A stretch of DNA of 61,934 nt, the filler included, from Dimargaris cristalligena (lineage: Eukaryota), in NCBI GenBank assembly GCA_003614675.1. It is 10 parts of 10 records of this genome, joined end to end, with 100 filler letters (N's around TTAATTAATTAA, not from the genome) between each part and the next. Parts side by side here need not be neighbours in the genome. Positions count along the whole stretch, not along the records: positions 43,585 to 49,640 come from ML003557.1; positions 49,741 to 55,793 come from ML003558.1; positions 55,894 to 61,934 come from ML003559.1; 7 more parts are not named here. One strand, 5' to 3'. Shown piece after piece: positions 47,951 to 59,873 of the stretch; position 1 is the stretch's first letter, and every line of letters begins with the position of its first letter. The notes under the pieces were generated by a model. The model had not been told where the DNA came from. It saw only the letters and a list, made by a program, of their open reading frames with translations, and did not search any database. The translations under genes and the position numbers were made by a program.

Positions 47951-49459
47951 ATGCCCGCTCTGCCCACTCGCCTGGCCACTCTCGCCCTTGTCTGGCTTTT
48001 GGCCACCGGCCCAAGCTTCTCCCAGCCCATGCTTAAATCAGGATCCGATACCAATAGCCATGGCCCTTAATATTCCTCTTTAGGTGAACTGTTGCTGCCC
48101 AGCATCAACCCCAGTAGTAGTGGGTTGCAGCAATCGGCGGGCACTGATAATTTTCACACTTCCTCCAGACTGCCCAGCATCAACTACAGAGGCGAGTTGC
48201 AGCAACCGGCGGGTACTGGTACCTATTATACTTCCTATGGGTTTGAGAATACTGGTCTCCTGCCACCAATGAGCGAATCCCTGAACCGGACTGGTTAAGG
48301 GGACGTGGACGCATAGCCTACTGACACACACAGGGGTTGGTCAAACCAGTCTCTATACCCCCAACCTTCTGCTCCGGATCCAATGGCCGAGTCCTATGAC
48401 CATTATGAACAGGGTGTGCCTGCTCACCCAACGACTCTGGACATTACTCCCAACGACACGGTATCTCTAAACAAGCCGCGTGCTCAGGGGCCATCCAGCA
48501 AATTTCTGAATTGGTAGAACCCTTCCCCAGCTAGTCCAAAGGCTAATCCCGGGCAGCAAACCTACCTCTCGTCGGGACAGCAACGTAGCCAAACCACCAG
48601 GGACAGAGGCTCCTCGCCCCATTACCAAAGCGATATTTTACGTGATGGAAATTTCCGAGCCCCACGCGCATCTAAGCGCTCCACACCTGCCAAATACACG
48701 AGCCACTTCTTTATTTCTGAATCTCTCGATAAATTTTTGAAATTGGTCGAAGATGGCAAAATTAAATTTGGTCGTGACTGGAGCAGTAAAAGTGAGTTGG
48801 AGCAATTCAGCAATGATTCTAAAGCTAAGCCGACCATAAATTCCATCCAAAATGCCACATTCATGGTCCCTAACTCCAAGAAATTCTGCGGTGTTCTTTC
48901 GGAGCTGACCTTCTCAGCTCCCCCGGGAGTACAGTCCGGCCCAGGAGAATCTGCAGCCCACGAAGCGTCATCACACCAACCTAGCACGGATACCCATTCA
49001 CCTAGAAATTCAGACATACGCCTTGAAGACTACAAAAAGGCATTTCGTAACAATCTTTATTCAAAGAAAAGGGCGGTCCTCAACCTGAAAGGTGACCCCT
49101 TCTCATTCGAATACCTACTGAGTAACTTTCTTAAAAGACAATCCAAGGTCGAGCGCAACCCATCGCTTATCTTTTCCCTAACCTGGGATTATACCCTGGG
49201 TCAATTTATAATCGATATCTTTACAGATGTGGACGGCTACCAATGTGATAGAATGGTAAATGTTGATAACTTTCCTAGTAGTAGAGTGGTATTCGCTTCG
49301 GTGAAATTTCTAGGAGATAAATCGGATCTCACGGATCCGCTGGAATTTAAACTAGCTATAGAAGAGGCGGAGCGGGATATATCAAGCTTCCTGGCAAAAC
49401 TGATTTTTCCCAGGAAAACCAAAATAACTAAAAAGACGACAAATGCTCGATATGCCTAA
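47951..49459 (+). pseudogene. Secreted orphan protein pseudogene (503 codons, four in-frame TAA/TAG, no frameshift)
   Basis: Signal peptide MPALPTRLATLALVWLLATGPSFS is in the same frame as ORFs 48092 and 48737. Stops at 48068, 48296, 48314 and 48515; internal LPSIN..LQQ.AGT duplication. Confidence 0.65.
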
Positions 49460-50120
49460 GACTTGGGGGCCTCGTACTTTTGGATACCACACTATACGCC
49501 TACTCTATAACCAGTTTATGAAGCAATTTGCCCAGCATTGCGAAATCCTCTACATGTGTTACCTTCTGCTCTAAACTATAGTTGGTATACGTTATATTAA
49601 TAAAAGCATGCGGTGAGGATCACTTCTCTACTATTTTAATNNNNNNNNNNNNNNNNNNNNNNNNNNNNNNNNNNNNNNNNNNNNTTAATTAATTAANNNN
49701 NNNNNNNNNNNNNNNNNNNNNNNNNNNNNNNNNNNNNNNNTGTTGTTCGAGAGTCTCCATTTCTTCGGTTTACCAATTTAATTATCTATACTATTTCCTC
49801 CAGAGTCCAACGCTCTACTCCCCGCATTCGCCAAAAAGGTACTTAATAGCCAATCTAACGACTACCGATATACCTGTGGAATATATAGCCTGGAACTTGC
49901 CTACTTTGATATTCACAATCGCTTTGGCGTGCTTAAATAATATCTGTTTTATCATTGAGAGGAACCTGGTTTCCCTGTCCACCGGTATAAGGTCATGTGA
50001 CTAACTGCTATGCTGGTCGTATACACTTTCACCTCATTCTACCGCTTCTCCTGTTCAGTACGGCTAGATTTACCACCACCTGCGGCCCTCATCAACTTCC
50101 CGTTTATACACACACATACT

Positions 50121-51236
50121 ATGCCTAAGCCCGCCTTGGTGTTGCGGAAGGCAATTCCCATGGCCATAGTTGTGGTGAGCCTGGCCTCTCTGGTCTTTTG
50201 CCCATTCCCTGTTTCTAGCATGACCACTCCCACCACCCAGCCGACTCGCTCTATCCTGACTGCCGATGAGCTCGTCAATTTGCCTCTGCAAATCGCCGGT
50301 CACCCGGGAATTGTAGTCACTCGAGACGGCCAATGGATTGTCAAGGCGACTAACCAGGTCGAGCGGGCTTTTTATGAGGCGGCCTACCAAAACCCCCACC
50401 ACGCCGACTCCGCTTTGGTTCGGAACTACTTGGCCAAGTTTTCCGGAACGGTGCTGTTTCACTCGCCCCAAACCACCGCGACGCAACCCGAAGCTGCCGT
50501 GCAAGTCTCAGGCCAGGGCCAGGCTAAACCCGTGGAGGGCATCCAACTCGCCAATCAGTACTATACCCTGGTGGAACCGATTATCCTGGATGTTAAAATC
50601 GGCACTCACTTATACGAAGCCAGTGCCCCGCACGAAAAGAAAATCCGGACCCGGTCCACGTACGGCCATACCCCATCGTTCCGCTACGGCGTACGTATCG
50701 TTGGATTCCATATCCCTGACGCTAGTAACCCCTTGGGGGCGGCGCTCACCGTAGATCGGGTGAGGCTGCGCGCTATTACTACTGAGGATATGCCTACTTG
50801 GATCGCCAAGTTCGTATCCGCCACTCGCTTAGGGGAGGACTACGCCTCCGCTCTCCTGGAGTGGCTGCAAGAGGACTTTGCGGGTTTGGACCAAGCCTTG
50901 GGCGAGGTTGACGGGGCCAATTTGTATGCTATCGGGGCATCCACCCTGGTGGTGTACGAAGGGAATGTCGAGCGGGCCGTGCCCCTCTTTAAACAATGGC
51001 AGATCGCCTTCACGGCGGGCCGGGTGGAAGACGCCCGGCGCATCCGGGACCAGCTATTCCGGTTTACCTTGATCGATTTTGGCCATTCCTACTGGAAGGC
51101 CAACCCCACCGTGCTGAATGGCATGCGACTTGGCCTATCCAACCTTGTCCAAATTGTCAAAAGTATTCGAACCGGCCAGCCCATGGAGTGGCAAGAAGGT
51201 GCCGAAGATGACGTGGATAAGACGGCCCTTGTGTAG
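50121..51236 (+). CDS. Inositol polyphosphate kinase (IPK/IPMK family) with a putative N-terminal signal peptide
   Basis: QIAGH, ERAFYE, PIILDVKIG (PxxxDxKxG), ASTLVVY (SSLL-like) and LIDFGH; hydrophobic leader AIPMAIVVVSLASLVFCPFPVSS. Confidence 0.85.
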   Translation: MPKPALVLRKAIPMAIVVVSLASLVFCPFPVSSMTTPTTQPTRSILTADELVNLPLQIAGHPGIVVTRDGQWIVKATNQVERAFYEAAYQNPHHADSALVRNYLAKFSGTVLFHSPQTTATQPEAAVQVSGQGQAKPVEGIQLANQYYTLVEPIILDVKIGTHLYEASAPHEKKIRTRSTYGHTPSFRYGVRIVGFHIPDASNPLGAALTVDRVRLRAITTEDMPTWIAKFVSATRLGEDYASALLEWLQEDFAGLDQALGEVDGANLYAIGASTLVVYEGNVERAVPLFKQWQIAFTAGRVEDARRIRDQLFRFTLIDFGHSYWKANPTVLNGMRLGLSNLVQIVKSIRTGQPMEWQEGAEDDVDKTALV

Positions 51237-51620
51237 GAACAATTCGCTTAAGGTTCCACCGTTCATGCCTAGGCCAACTGGGCGAAACGCCTAAAAAATG
51301 GCACGGCTCTGATTAACCAAAATAGGACCCGCTATGCCTAATTAGCCAACGATTAACCAGCCATTTATTGAATTTCTCCTCGATTTGAGCACATCTCGGG
51401 GACATTTCGTTTTAATTTTTCAAAAAAATGAAGAAATATATTAACAGGGGCATACTTAGCTAGGGCTACACTTAAAAATGGGAAGCACACTAAAGTATAA
51501 TCTGCAGCAATTATTTAAAATAGTGGGAACATCGATGCCTGCGAAATTTCGAAATACTAAGATAGGAGGAGTGGAAAGAAGGGGGTGATGGCAAATATTA
51601 AAAATGGACTTTAAGGAATC

Positions 51621-54463
51621 TTAGCTCAAATAACGTGCCGCTTCACTGACGAACCGCATACAGTCAAGCGGGTCAAGGGCTTCCGTAGCGTCCCGTCGCA
51701 CAAACTGCCATTCCATATTCTCCGTGGTCGCATCGGTGAGAAGATCCCGCTCAGTACGGAAGTGAACGGCCCCATGGCTATCCTGGTCGGCCGATCGGAT
51801 GCCCTGGGCATGTAACGAAGTCAATATAAAGCGCCCGGAGTTATCATCCCGCAAAGTCTCATCCATGGGGTTATCGGATACCTCCCCTGAGGGTGTGGAC
51901 GGTTGGGAAGCATCTTCGGCAGCCTCAGCGGATGTCTCCCCAATCTGGTTAGTCAGTAAGCGCTCGACCGAAGCAAAGCTCAGATCAAAGTCTTCGGGTT
52001 CTAGGAACCTATTGACGTTGTAAATTGAGCGGTCAGCCAGGCGTTGAATATTGGCCCACAGTGGGTCATTATGGGCAGCCGTTGTAGTGGGCGTTACTGC
52101 GACACTGAATCGAGCGCGGAGGGTCAAATCAAAGGCCAGGTTGGGAAATAGGATATGTGCGGTGGCTGTATCGTAAATGCGGTGTACGGATTCGACTGTC
52201 AGAGGGCGCTGTATACCCGAACTGGTCTTAAAAGTGGCCTCAATTAGAGCCAATTTGTTTGCGCTCTCGGTACCAGGGGCGCCAGCATCGGAGGAATAGG
52301 GTGGTAGAGGGCGCCACTGGGCCACTACTTGCGACACTTGGTTAGATAAATGGGAGTACCGCAACCGCAGGCGGGCAGGGTAGTTGCGAACATTGGAAAA
52401 GTAAATCCCTCGGTGGGTCCACTGGACTGCCTGGTCTAGAGTCTGGACAAGAGACCAGGTTTCTTGGTGAGAGAGAGCGGCCAAGTTCGAGAAGGTTGGC
52501 AAGGAAGGTGACAGGTTCAGCGCCTGTAGTTGCTGTAGTGGTAAGGGAGATTCCTTAGATGTTGTCACTTGCTCGGAGGGCAGTTCAGGGCTGGTACTTG
52601 CCGGGGGGATATCTATACATACTTGGCCAATATCTGCTGAGATATCGAGTCGAACCTCGGGATGGATCCGTTGTTGCAAATCGGCGAGCTGGGTCGACCA
52701 TTTTTTGAAAAGGTGGTGAAGGGTGCGGGAATCGGGCTCCAGTTCGCTGTCGGTGGAGATCGGGGATGATGTTTCGAGAGACCGGATGAGTTGGTCCTCC
52801 AGCGAAAACGCCGATGGCGACTGGTTCTTGGAGGTAGGGCCCTGTAATTCGCGTACGGTTTGAAGGCGAGTAAGGGCAAGCTGGCGGGAAACACTCGGAT
52901 CGCTAAAGGGATTGGCCACGGGTATGAGTGTGTATTCAGCGGGAGAGGAAGGAGTGTCTACGGTGGTGGGATCGGTTTCACTCAAATAAAGGCCGCATCC
53001 CGCGCTCTATAAAATGTCAGCAGTAAAGAAATCGGGGAAGTCGAACGTCGGTTAATAAATGGCTTGGCATATTATCGGAAGGCTCAAAGGCGGTGTTGGA
53101 AGGGGTCCGCGTCACAGCCCACTCCGACCCAAATATCCAGAATATCACACATTGTCCACCCGCCGGTAATAAGCATAAGACTATGGGGACATGCGGTCAG
53201 AAGTATAGTCACAATATAAGAAACGTAGGATATTACCTTTGCTAGATAGTCGATGAACAGACGTTGGGCCGCAATAGCATCCCGTGTACCCAATGCCGAA
53301 ATTCGCATCGATTCCTCTTGGCGCTCAATGGTCGTCTGTGTAATCTGGGCCACCCAATCGATTAGCCGATCCAGATGCCGCCCATCGTGCCGCAGTGGGT
53401 GGGACTCGATAAGCGACAGTGATAAATTCGTGGTGTGAAGATGGCGGCCCAGCAAGGTAATTGCATCGCAAGCCGTTTCCACCTGGGCTTTGCCGCCTTC
53501 GATTTGGATTCGCCCCTCCGCAATATCCACGACCTTGAGCTGGGTCAGGGTTCGCAGAGCTATTTGGGGCGCAATTTCCTTGCGAACCAGAATATCGGCC
53601 AAAGCGGGGGCCACCTGGAGATCCCGACTGTGACTAGTCTGGCGTTCCTTAAGGACCCGGTCGATTTCGTCGCGGGATCTACGGAGCTGCCATATATGGT
53701 CCACAATCAAATCAACCAAGTCGGTCTTACGGGCTTTAGAAACTCGGCCGAGCGCCTTCAGGACAGTGACGGGGGGTGTCGGTAAGCCCCCCTCATTGGG
53801 AATACGGTCTTTTTTAGATTCAATATAGTCCCGGAGTTGAGTCACTTTAAAGCTAGCGGTCAGGTAATTGGTGATTCGCTGCATCTCACTGTCGGTAAAT
53901 GGACCATCGTGGGTAGGCTTGCCCTGTTCGATATCGGTTTCGCTGGTAGGGGCGGGTGGCTCAAATTCGAGACTGAGTAGCTCGGCCATGCGGTTATAAC
54001 GGGAGATGTCGGCCTGGAATTGGACAGCTTTCAGCGCTTTGGGCGATTTCGTGGTCTTCTTTCGGGTGGTGGCGGTGGCAGTCGCGGCCGGTAATGGGAG
54101 TTTTTCTCCTCCATTCGGGTCGACTTCGGTGGTAGTACCACCCCTAGTCTTTTTGGCCCTGATCTTACGGCCAGCACCCGGAGGAGAGGCTACAGTCTTG
54201 GTGGACAAGAGGTCTACTTGGGGGCGCGGAGTGATTTCGTCTAAACGAGCAGTATCAAAGGCGACGGAAGCGTCAGTGGAATGGTCAGGGGTTGTCGATT
54301 CAGGGCCGGGATCAGAGTGGGTGGCAGCTCCAGCTGCGCTAGTGCTTTTCTTGGGACTGAGCCGGGCATAGGAGCGGGTTGGGGTGGCCGATATTAAGGG
54401 ATACGCCCGAGTGTAGCGCATGAGCCAGCCACCTTGCAATGGGGCGCAAAATCGACGGACCAT
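51621..54463 (-). CDS. SLS1: Mitochondrial SLS1-like protein, 2 exons (54463-53237, 53006-51621), about 870 aa
   Basis: Mitochondrial presequence; LTASFKVTQLRDYI..KTDLVDLIVDHIWQL resembles the Sls1 N-domain; KH-like segments. A phase-0 GTAATA..TTATAG intron joins the two long ORFs. Confidence 0.55.
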
Positions 54464-56079
54464 GCGGTCAAGTTAAGAGAAATGAGTGGGATGGGTTGCC
54501 TTGAAAAATTCACCCGATCCCAGAAGAAGTCTAAGAAACTAATAGATATACATAAATACTCAATTAGAAAAGAAAGGGAAAGGTTTAACTGGGCGGTATA
54601 ACAAAGAATCCGTTAAATGAGGTAAAAATTACTGGTTAAAAAAATATTCACCCGGATATTTTCCCACATATTTTAAAACGTCATCCAGCCAGGCCGAATT
54701 TCATACATACTCTATAATATTGTCAGTATGACATCCAGGTTGATAAGTTTGCTCCTCAATTAGCTAGATGCTTGCAGTTTGGTGGGGCCTGCCAATAATA
54801 GCTAGACTCTAATTTACGCCTGGGTAAAACAAACCACCAGCGCGGACTCAGGTGGCTGTAGACACCACTGCACTACTTCGCTATTATAAAAGTCGCCACC
54901 ACCATAAAAACGCCAGCGTTGACGACCTACCTAAATAAACGGACTTAGTCAGTCTCTGAGCAATTCCCCGCCTCCTTCCAATCCAGTTTATCAGACAATA
55001 GTCAGCGAGGGTGCGGTATTCAAGTGTTAGAAAACAGTACATATATCCTAAAGCAGAAGTCGGCTGGAAATTCCCTTGGCATAAAGATCAAGCACTAATC
55101 CTAAAGTAGAAGGATCTTTACACTGCTACATTTCTTAATATTGCTTCCCCAGTAACCAAACTACTTGGGGCCAAGTGCCATTAGTCAGAGTACAAAAATC
55201 CTGGGGCCATCTAAAATAATGACAGGGACCTAACCCCATTTCAGGAAATTGGTACATTCTATGTATCATCATCAAGATATCATTATCAAAGACGTGCTTT
55301 TCTTCATCATTAGCCTGCTTTCACTGTTATGGGCTTAGGTTGGAAACTCCCTCTTTTATGAACTAGTTAATACAGTGGAATGTCAGTCCATTGGTGGAGT
55401 TTCTCAGATACCAGCACTGTAGCAATACCATATGCTGGGCTGTTTATGGATTTCAAGTAACCCCCAGACTGACTGTCATGGCTGGTTAATTTGAGCTACA
55501 AGAATAACCAGCCATATAAGTAAAAAAACCCATACTAACAAATGGGTGAAATTAATATTTAATATTATCAGAATATATACCCATTATCCTACTATGTTTT
55601 ATTCCCATTATTTTATTCCCTGTATTACTTAGTTATTGATTTGTATTTATTAGTTGTCATCATTCTTCTCCTACCCCTTGAGTTGGGATATAACCCCAAC
55701 CATTCCCCCACAGCTTGCTCTTTAGCTTGCAACTCCTTTTTTGTTTTCCCTTTTCGATATCTAGTCTAATAAACCTATTTTCCATCCTTCAAANNNNNNN
55801 NNNNNNNNNNNNNNNNNNNNNNNNNNNNNNNNNNNNNTTAATTAATTAANNNNNNNNNNNNNNNNNNNNNNNNNNNNNNNNNNNNNNNNNNNNATTTTTA
55901 TCTATAGAACCATTTATTAGCAAAAGACCCCGCGTATTGGACGCAGGGGTCCGACTCCGTTGGAGGGGAGGTTGACCTCAGCCACCGGCAACCTAAATGA
56001 ACGACCCGCCGCTAGGCAAACTATATATGGTACATCGCCTCTAAAAGACACGCCGGCTAGCGCTAGCCGCTGGCCCTTG

Positions 56080-56900
56080 TCAAAGGTTGGGACGTCGGCG
56101 CCAAATCTAGCAGGGGGAGGCAAGGTCCCATCATAAAACAAAGACGGAGAGAAGGAGGGAGGGGGAGGATACAGCCATTAGAATTGGTTCAAGGGTGATG
56201 AAACACGTCCGGCGTCTATTCCTAGAACGGGCCTTGGCACACATGCTGTGCCGCCTGTGAAGTAACCGCAAAGCAACGGACACCACCACAGAGCAATCCA
56301 CGGGCAGGGCATAGAAGGGCGATAAATTAGTCAACTTACCTGAATGTAAGCGCCGGATAAAAACAGGCGCTGGGGGTCAATGGGGTTGACGAATAGGTCC
56401 TGGATCCGGTACCATTCATCGGAGGCCAGGTGCTTCAGATCCACTTGATAACTACCCGACGACGGCGCCTCACGGTCACTGCCGTCTTTGCCGCGGCGCG
56501 GACCGGAGCCGGTGTGGCTTATATTGGACAGTAAATCGTAATGGTCGCCCAGCCGCGGGGACTCGGCGACACCGTCGGCTTGGGGGGGGCGACACCAGCC
56601 GACCGAGGTCCAGATTGACCAGGGGAAAGGTCACCAGCGTAGGGTTCTTGTCCACCGAAAAGTTGCTGCGGCTAAACCGCTGGATGGTAATTATCAGGTA
56701 GGGCGGGAGCCGCTGCAAACGGTGGTACTTTGCTTGGGTTGCGGTGAGTTGGGCGGTTGAGCCGTTGTACTTGTCCAGGAGCTCCGCCAGCGGGATTTGC
56801 GGAATGATATTTTCCCGTACCTCGTCTTGGAAGAGCGGGGCCGGGGGAAGATCCAGACTTAGCATGAGGAAAGGCGACTGCGTAAAGGTCGGAGGGGGGA
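56080..56900 (-). pseudogene. SAD1: C-terminal fragment of tri-snRNP protein Sad1/USP39; frameshift near the G run at 56582-56589; terminal intron 56339-56107
   Basis: PFLMLSLDLPPAPLFQD..IIPQIPL..LPPYL..KNPTLVTFP, then in a shifted frame YDLLSNISH..WYRIQDL..LFLSGAYIQ|IWRRRPNL*. The N-terminal ZnF-UBP half is absent. Confidence 0.75.
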
Positions 56901-57464
56901 CGGGTGCGGAAGTTACTGCGAAAATGGTCCAATGGGCGGCTGCTGCCCGACCTTCTCCGAACCATGGATTGTTTTACTTAGACACATTGGTGTAACTATG
57001 TGACGATGAGTTGAACCCTCCTTTCTCCCTTCCTTGTTTTATTGAGGGCCAGAATTATAAGGGATGCGGCCGAAAAAGGACCCGGTGCCCGTATGCTTAT
57101 ATATATATATATGCAAGTCTTCCTCCTGCCATCATTTTGCCTTCAAATGCAAGGCAATGCTTCTTTTTCACTTTTACTCTACGGACCACGCTTTCCATAT
57201 TTTAACACCAGGCCCTCTTATCAGTCAGGGCCAACTCCGTTTTTTACCCCATTTTATTTCCTCACTTACCGTTTAGTATTTTAGCTAAACGATACCACTA
57301 GGGAATTACCTGTGGCTACTTATTCATTTTTCTTACTCGCTAACTCGCCGACTCTGGCTCTAGCTAACCATCGCTGGTGGGCATTTAATCCGTCCTGTTG
57401 ACCACCATATACTGTCCGTTTGAACGGAGTTGTCTTTGGAGGGGGCGGTGATACCATATATTCA

Positions 57465-59873
57465 ATGGCCAATTTTCGTCAAGTCACCCGGCCAGGTGCG
57501 ACAGCTATTGCATGGGCCACTACTACATTACTGACCATCATTCTATCCAATAGAGTGGGCACCTACGGTGGTATAATCCCGGCCTCTATGAGCGAGTATC
57601 AGCTGCACCAGCCGTCACTTGTTCGCCGGGAACCCCTGTTCGAATGGCTGCCCTTTGGCTGGGGTTCGAAAAAGGCTAAACCAGTGGAGGAGACCGCGAC
57701 GGTCCCGCCCACTGCACTTACCCCGGCGGGACCAACCCACGAGGCGGCAGAGCTCAAACAACCCGAGACCTCTGGAAACCCCATCCCACCGACCATAGTG
57801 ACTGCCCAGGCATCCATGTCACCTTTGGAGCCGGCGGTCCTTGCTCCCAATTCCCCCGATGGTATACCACCCACCCCGTCGCCCGGGCGAGTCCCATTGT
57901 ACGAAAGCAGCCGAGGGAGTGACGCTGACGATGAGGAGGGTGGCCCATTACTCGACAACCTAAAGGACCCGAGTAGCGACGAGCCAGAGACCCCCTCCCA
58001 AGGGAAGTCCTGGGGGACTCCGAGCAAGGCCGGAGCCAGCGACCAACTCAAAGGTATGGAATTTTCCCCTTTGCCCCCAGTTGAAAAGCCCGCCACCCTC
58101 AGCACCACCAATGGCCCGGATAAGCCCGAAACGGAGGCGAACCTTGGGTCATTGGTTTCGCTTGGTGGCGGTGGAGACCAGAAGTCGGAGCACACCAAAC
58201 CTATTGTGGACCAGGCGGTCGACTCGCTGGCATTAACGGATAGTGGCTATGAGTCCCTGGGGGACAGCCCCCCGACCTCCCCTCTCTTGGACAAGGTGGC
58301 TACGCTGCCGTCCGAGTCATCGCCTCTACAAGATAACCTCCGACAGACGCAAGTGCCCCCGGGCTGGGACAACCGTGGGTACGCCGATGATCCCGACCTA
58401 AGCAGCGACGACGAGTCAGTCGGTACAACCGTAGCGAGCGTACCTCGGCGATTGAAACGCGTGGCTTGGCGGGACCCGCCTCGAAAGACGGTCCGGCTGA
58501 CCGCCTCGTCGGACAGGGGGGGTTATTCGGGAGACGAGGAGGATAATGGAGACGACCCGGATAATTCCGTCCTCCACCTCTACCATGGGCCCGAGGCCCC
58601 GAGTAGCTCTAACCCATCTGTTGCCCCAAGTAGCCCCAGCTCGTCTGACAAACCCAGCGATTCAATCCTCAACCAAACCATTAAGCAGCAGATGATGGCC
58701 TATATCCTCAAGGTCCCCATGCCCGATTTTATGAGGAAAAAGGTGGTGCAGTATTTTGAAGCGAAACCGGAAAGTGCCCCCGTGGCGCAATCACCGGCGC
58801 AGTCGTTGGGCTTTTTTCAGCGGGCCCAGTATAGGGTGCTCCAGTGGGTCATGAAGGTCTACAATCCCAGCCTTCAGCAGCTGGAGAGGCTGCCGAGCTG
58901 GATGCAAGGGGCCGCCTTGAAAAAGATTATGCGCGAGAAGCGGTCCGCACAACTGAAGGCGGAGGTCAAGGCCGAGGAGGAGGCCGGGGAGTACAACAGC
59001 TTCACATTGGTGCCCCATGTCCTTGTAGACCCCAGCCCCGACTCGGAGGTGGATACTCGAACAGCGGCGGAGAAGGCCGCCTCGAACAAGCTTCTGCGCG
59101 AGAATATGGCCGCGCAACTGAAGGCGGAGCTCAAGGCCGAGGACGAGGCCGGGGAGTACAAGGGCTTCATGCATTTTCCCCATGCCAATTCCGACTCCAT
59201 ATCTGACCCAGGGGCGAACGCCCCGATAGAGGTGGCCTCCGTGAATTCGGATACCCTTCGGCCAACTCAACAGAACAGTTTTGGCATTCCCGTGTCAGCC
59301 AACGGCTACGCCAGCTCCACGGACGCCGATGTTCCGAAATGGCCGGGTCTATCGGAGGATGGGCAGGAAACGAAACGGCCGGTTGCTTCGACCCCTGGGA
59401 CAATTCAACTGAACAGTTTTGGCATTCCCGTGTCAGCCAACGGCTACGCCAGCTCCACGGACGCCGATACTCCGGAATGGCCGGGTCTATCAGGTGCACC
59501 CAAGGTCTTGGCCCCGAAGAAACCACCGGTCAGTTCGCCGCCTTCCCGGTCGTTTCAGCTCAATAGTCTAGGTTTACCCATGCGCCCCAGCGATTCCACC
59601 CGCCCCCCAATGGACGACGATTATTACGACAGCCCAGGCACCCCCGACTTGACCAGCGACGACGACAGCGCGTATGCCTCGGAGCAGTCGCTAATGAGCG
59701 ATACCGAGGCTGAGGTTAACCACGTTGGGATCCAGCCCGAGCCACCAACTACCAAGGATTCCGCCCCCAACTTCCACCCCTGGGTTGATAAGAAGCGCCC
59801 TTCGCAGCCTTTAAATATCCAAGTGCCAAACTACAGCGATTTCCCCCCCGTTCATACCACCGCAGCCCATTAG
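57465..59873 (+). CDS. Large orphan, probably secreted, low-complexity S/P/D-rich protein with internal duplications
   Basis: Hydrophobic leader then an LVRR dibasic site. Near-exact repeats at 58947-58996/59112-59161 and 59273-59353/59411-59491. Confidence 0.7.
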   Translation: MANFRQVTRPGATAIAWATTTLLTIILSNRVGTYGGIIPASMSEYQLHQPSLVRREPLFEWLPFGWGSKKAKPVEETATVPPTALTPAGPTHEAAELKQPETSGNPIPPTIVTAQASMSPLEPAVLAPNSPDGIPPTPSPGRVPLYESSRGSDADDEEGGPLLDNLKDPSSDEPETPSQGKSWGTPSKAGASDQLKGMEFSPLPPVEKPATLSTTNGPDKPETEANLGSLVSLGGGGDQKSEHTKPIVDQAVDSLALTDSGYESLGDSPPTSPLLDKVATLPSESSPLQDNLRQTQVPPGWDNRGYADDPDLSSDDESVGTTVASVPRRLKRVAWRDPPRKTVRLTASSDRGGYSGDEEDNGDDPDNSVLHLYHGPEAPSSSNPSVAPSSPSSSDKPSDSILNQTIKQQMMAYILKVPMPDFMRKKVVQYFEAKPESAPVAQSPAQSLGFFQRAQYRVLQWVMKVYNPSLQQLERLPSWMQGAALKKIMREKRSAQLKAEVKAEEEAGEYNSFTLVPHVLVDPSPDSEVDTRTAAEKAASNKLLRENMAAQLKAELKAEDEAGEYKGFMHFPHANSDSISDPGANAPIEVASVNSDTLRPTQQNSFGIPVSANGYASSTDADVPKWPGLSEDGQETKRPVASTPGTIQLNSFGIPVSANGYASSTDADTPEWPGLSGAPKVLAPKKPPVSSPPSRSFQLNSLGLPMRPSDSTRPPMDDDYYDSPGTPDLTSDDDSAYASEQSLMSDTEAEVNHVGIQPEPPTTKDSAPNFHPWVDKKRPSQPLNIQVPNYSDFPPVHTTAAH

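Noticed and set aside
37688..49459. TAA/TAG-to-Gln genetic code reassignment suggested by repeated in-frame TAR stops
   Set aside because: Conserved genes (RPS26, PEX7, MSH1, carotenoid oxygenase) end at TAA/TAG and contain none internally, and the viral remnants also show a deletion and a frameshift, so decay is simpler.
6170..55893. Regularly spaced TTAATTAATTAA palindromes and apparent gene clustering across them
   Set aside because: These are artificial linkers between size-sorted contigs, so adjacency across spacers has no biological meaning.
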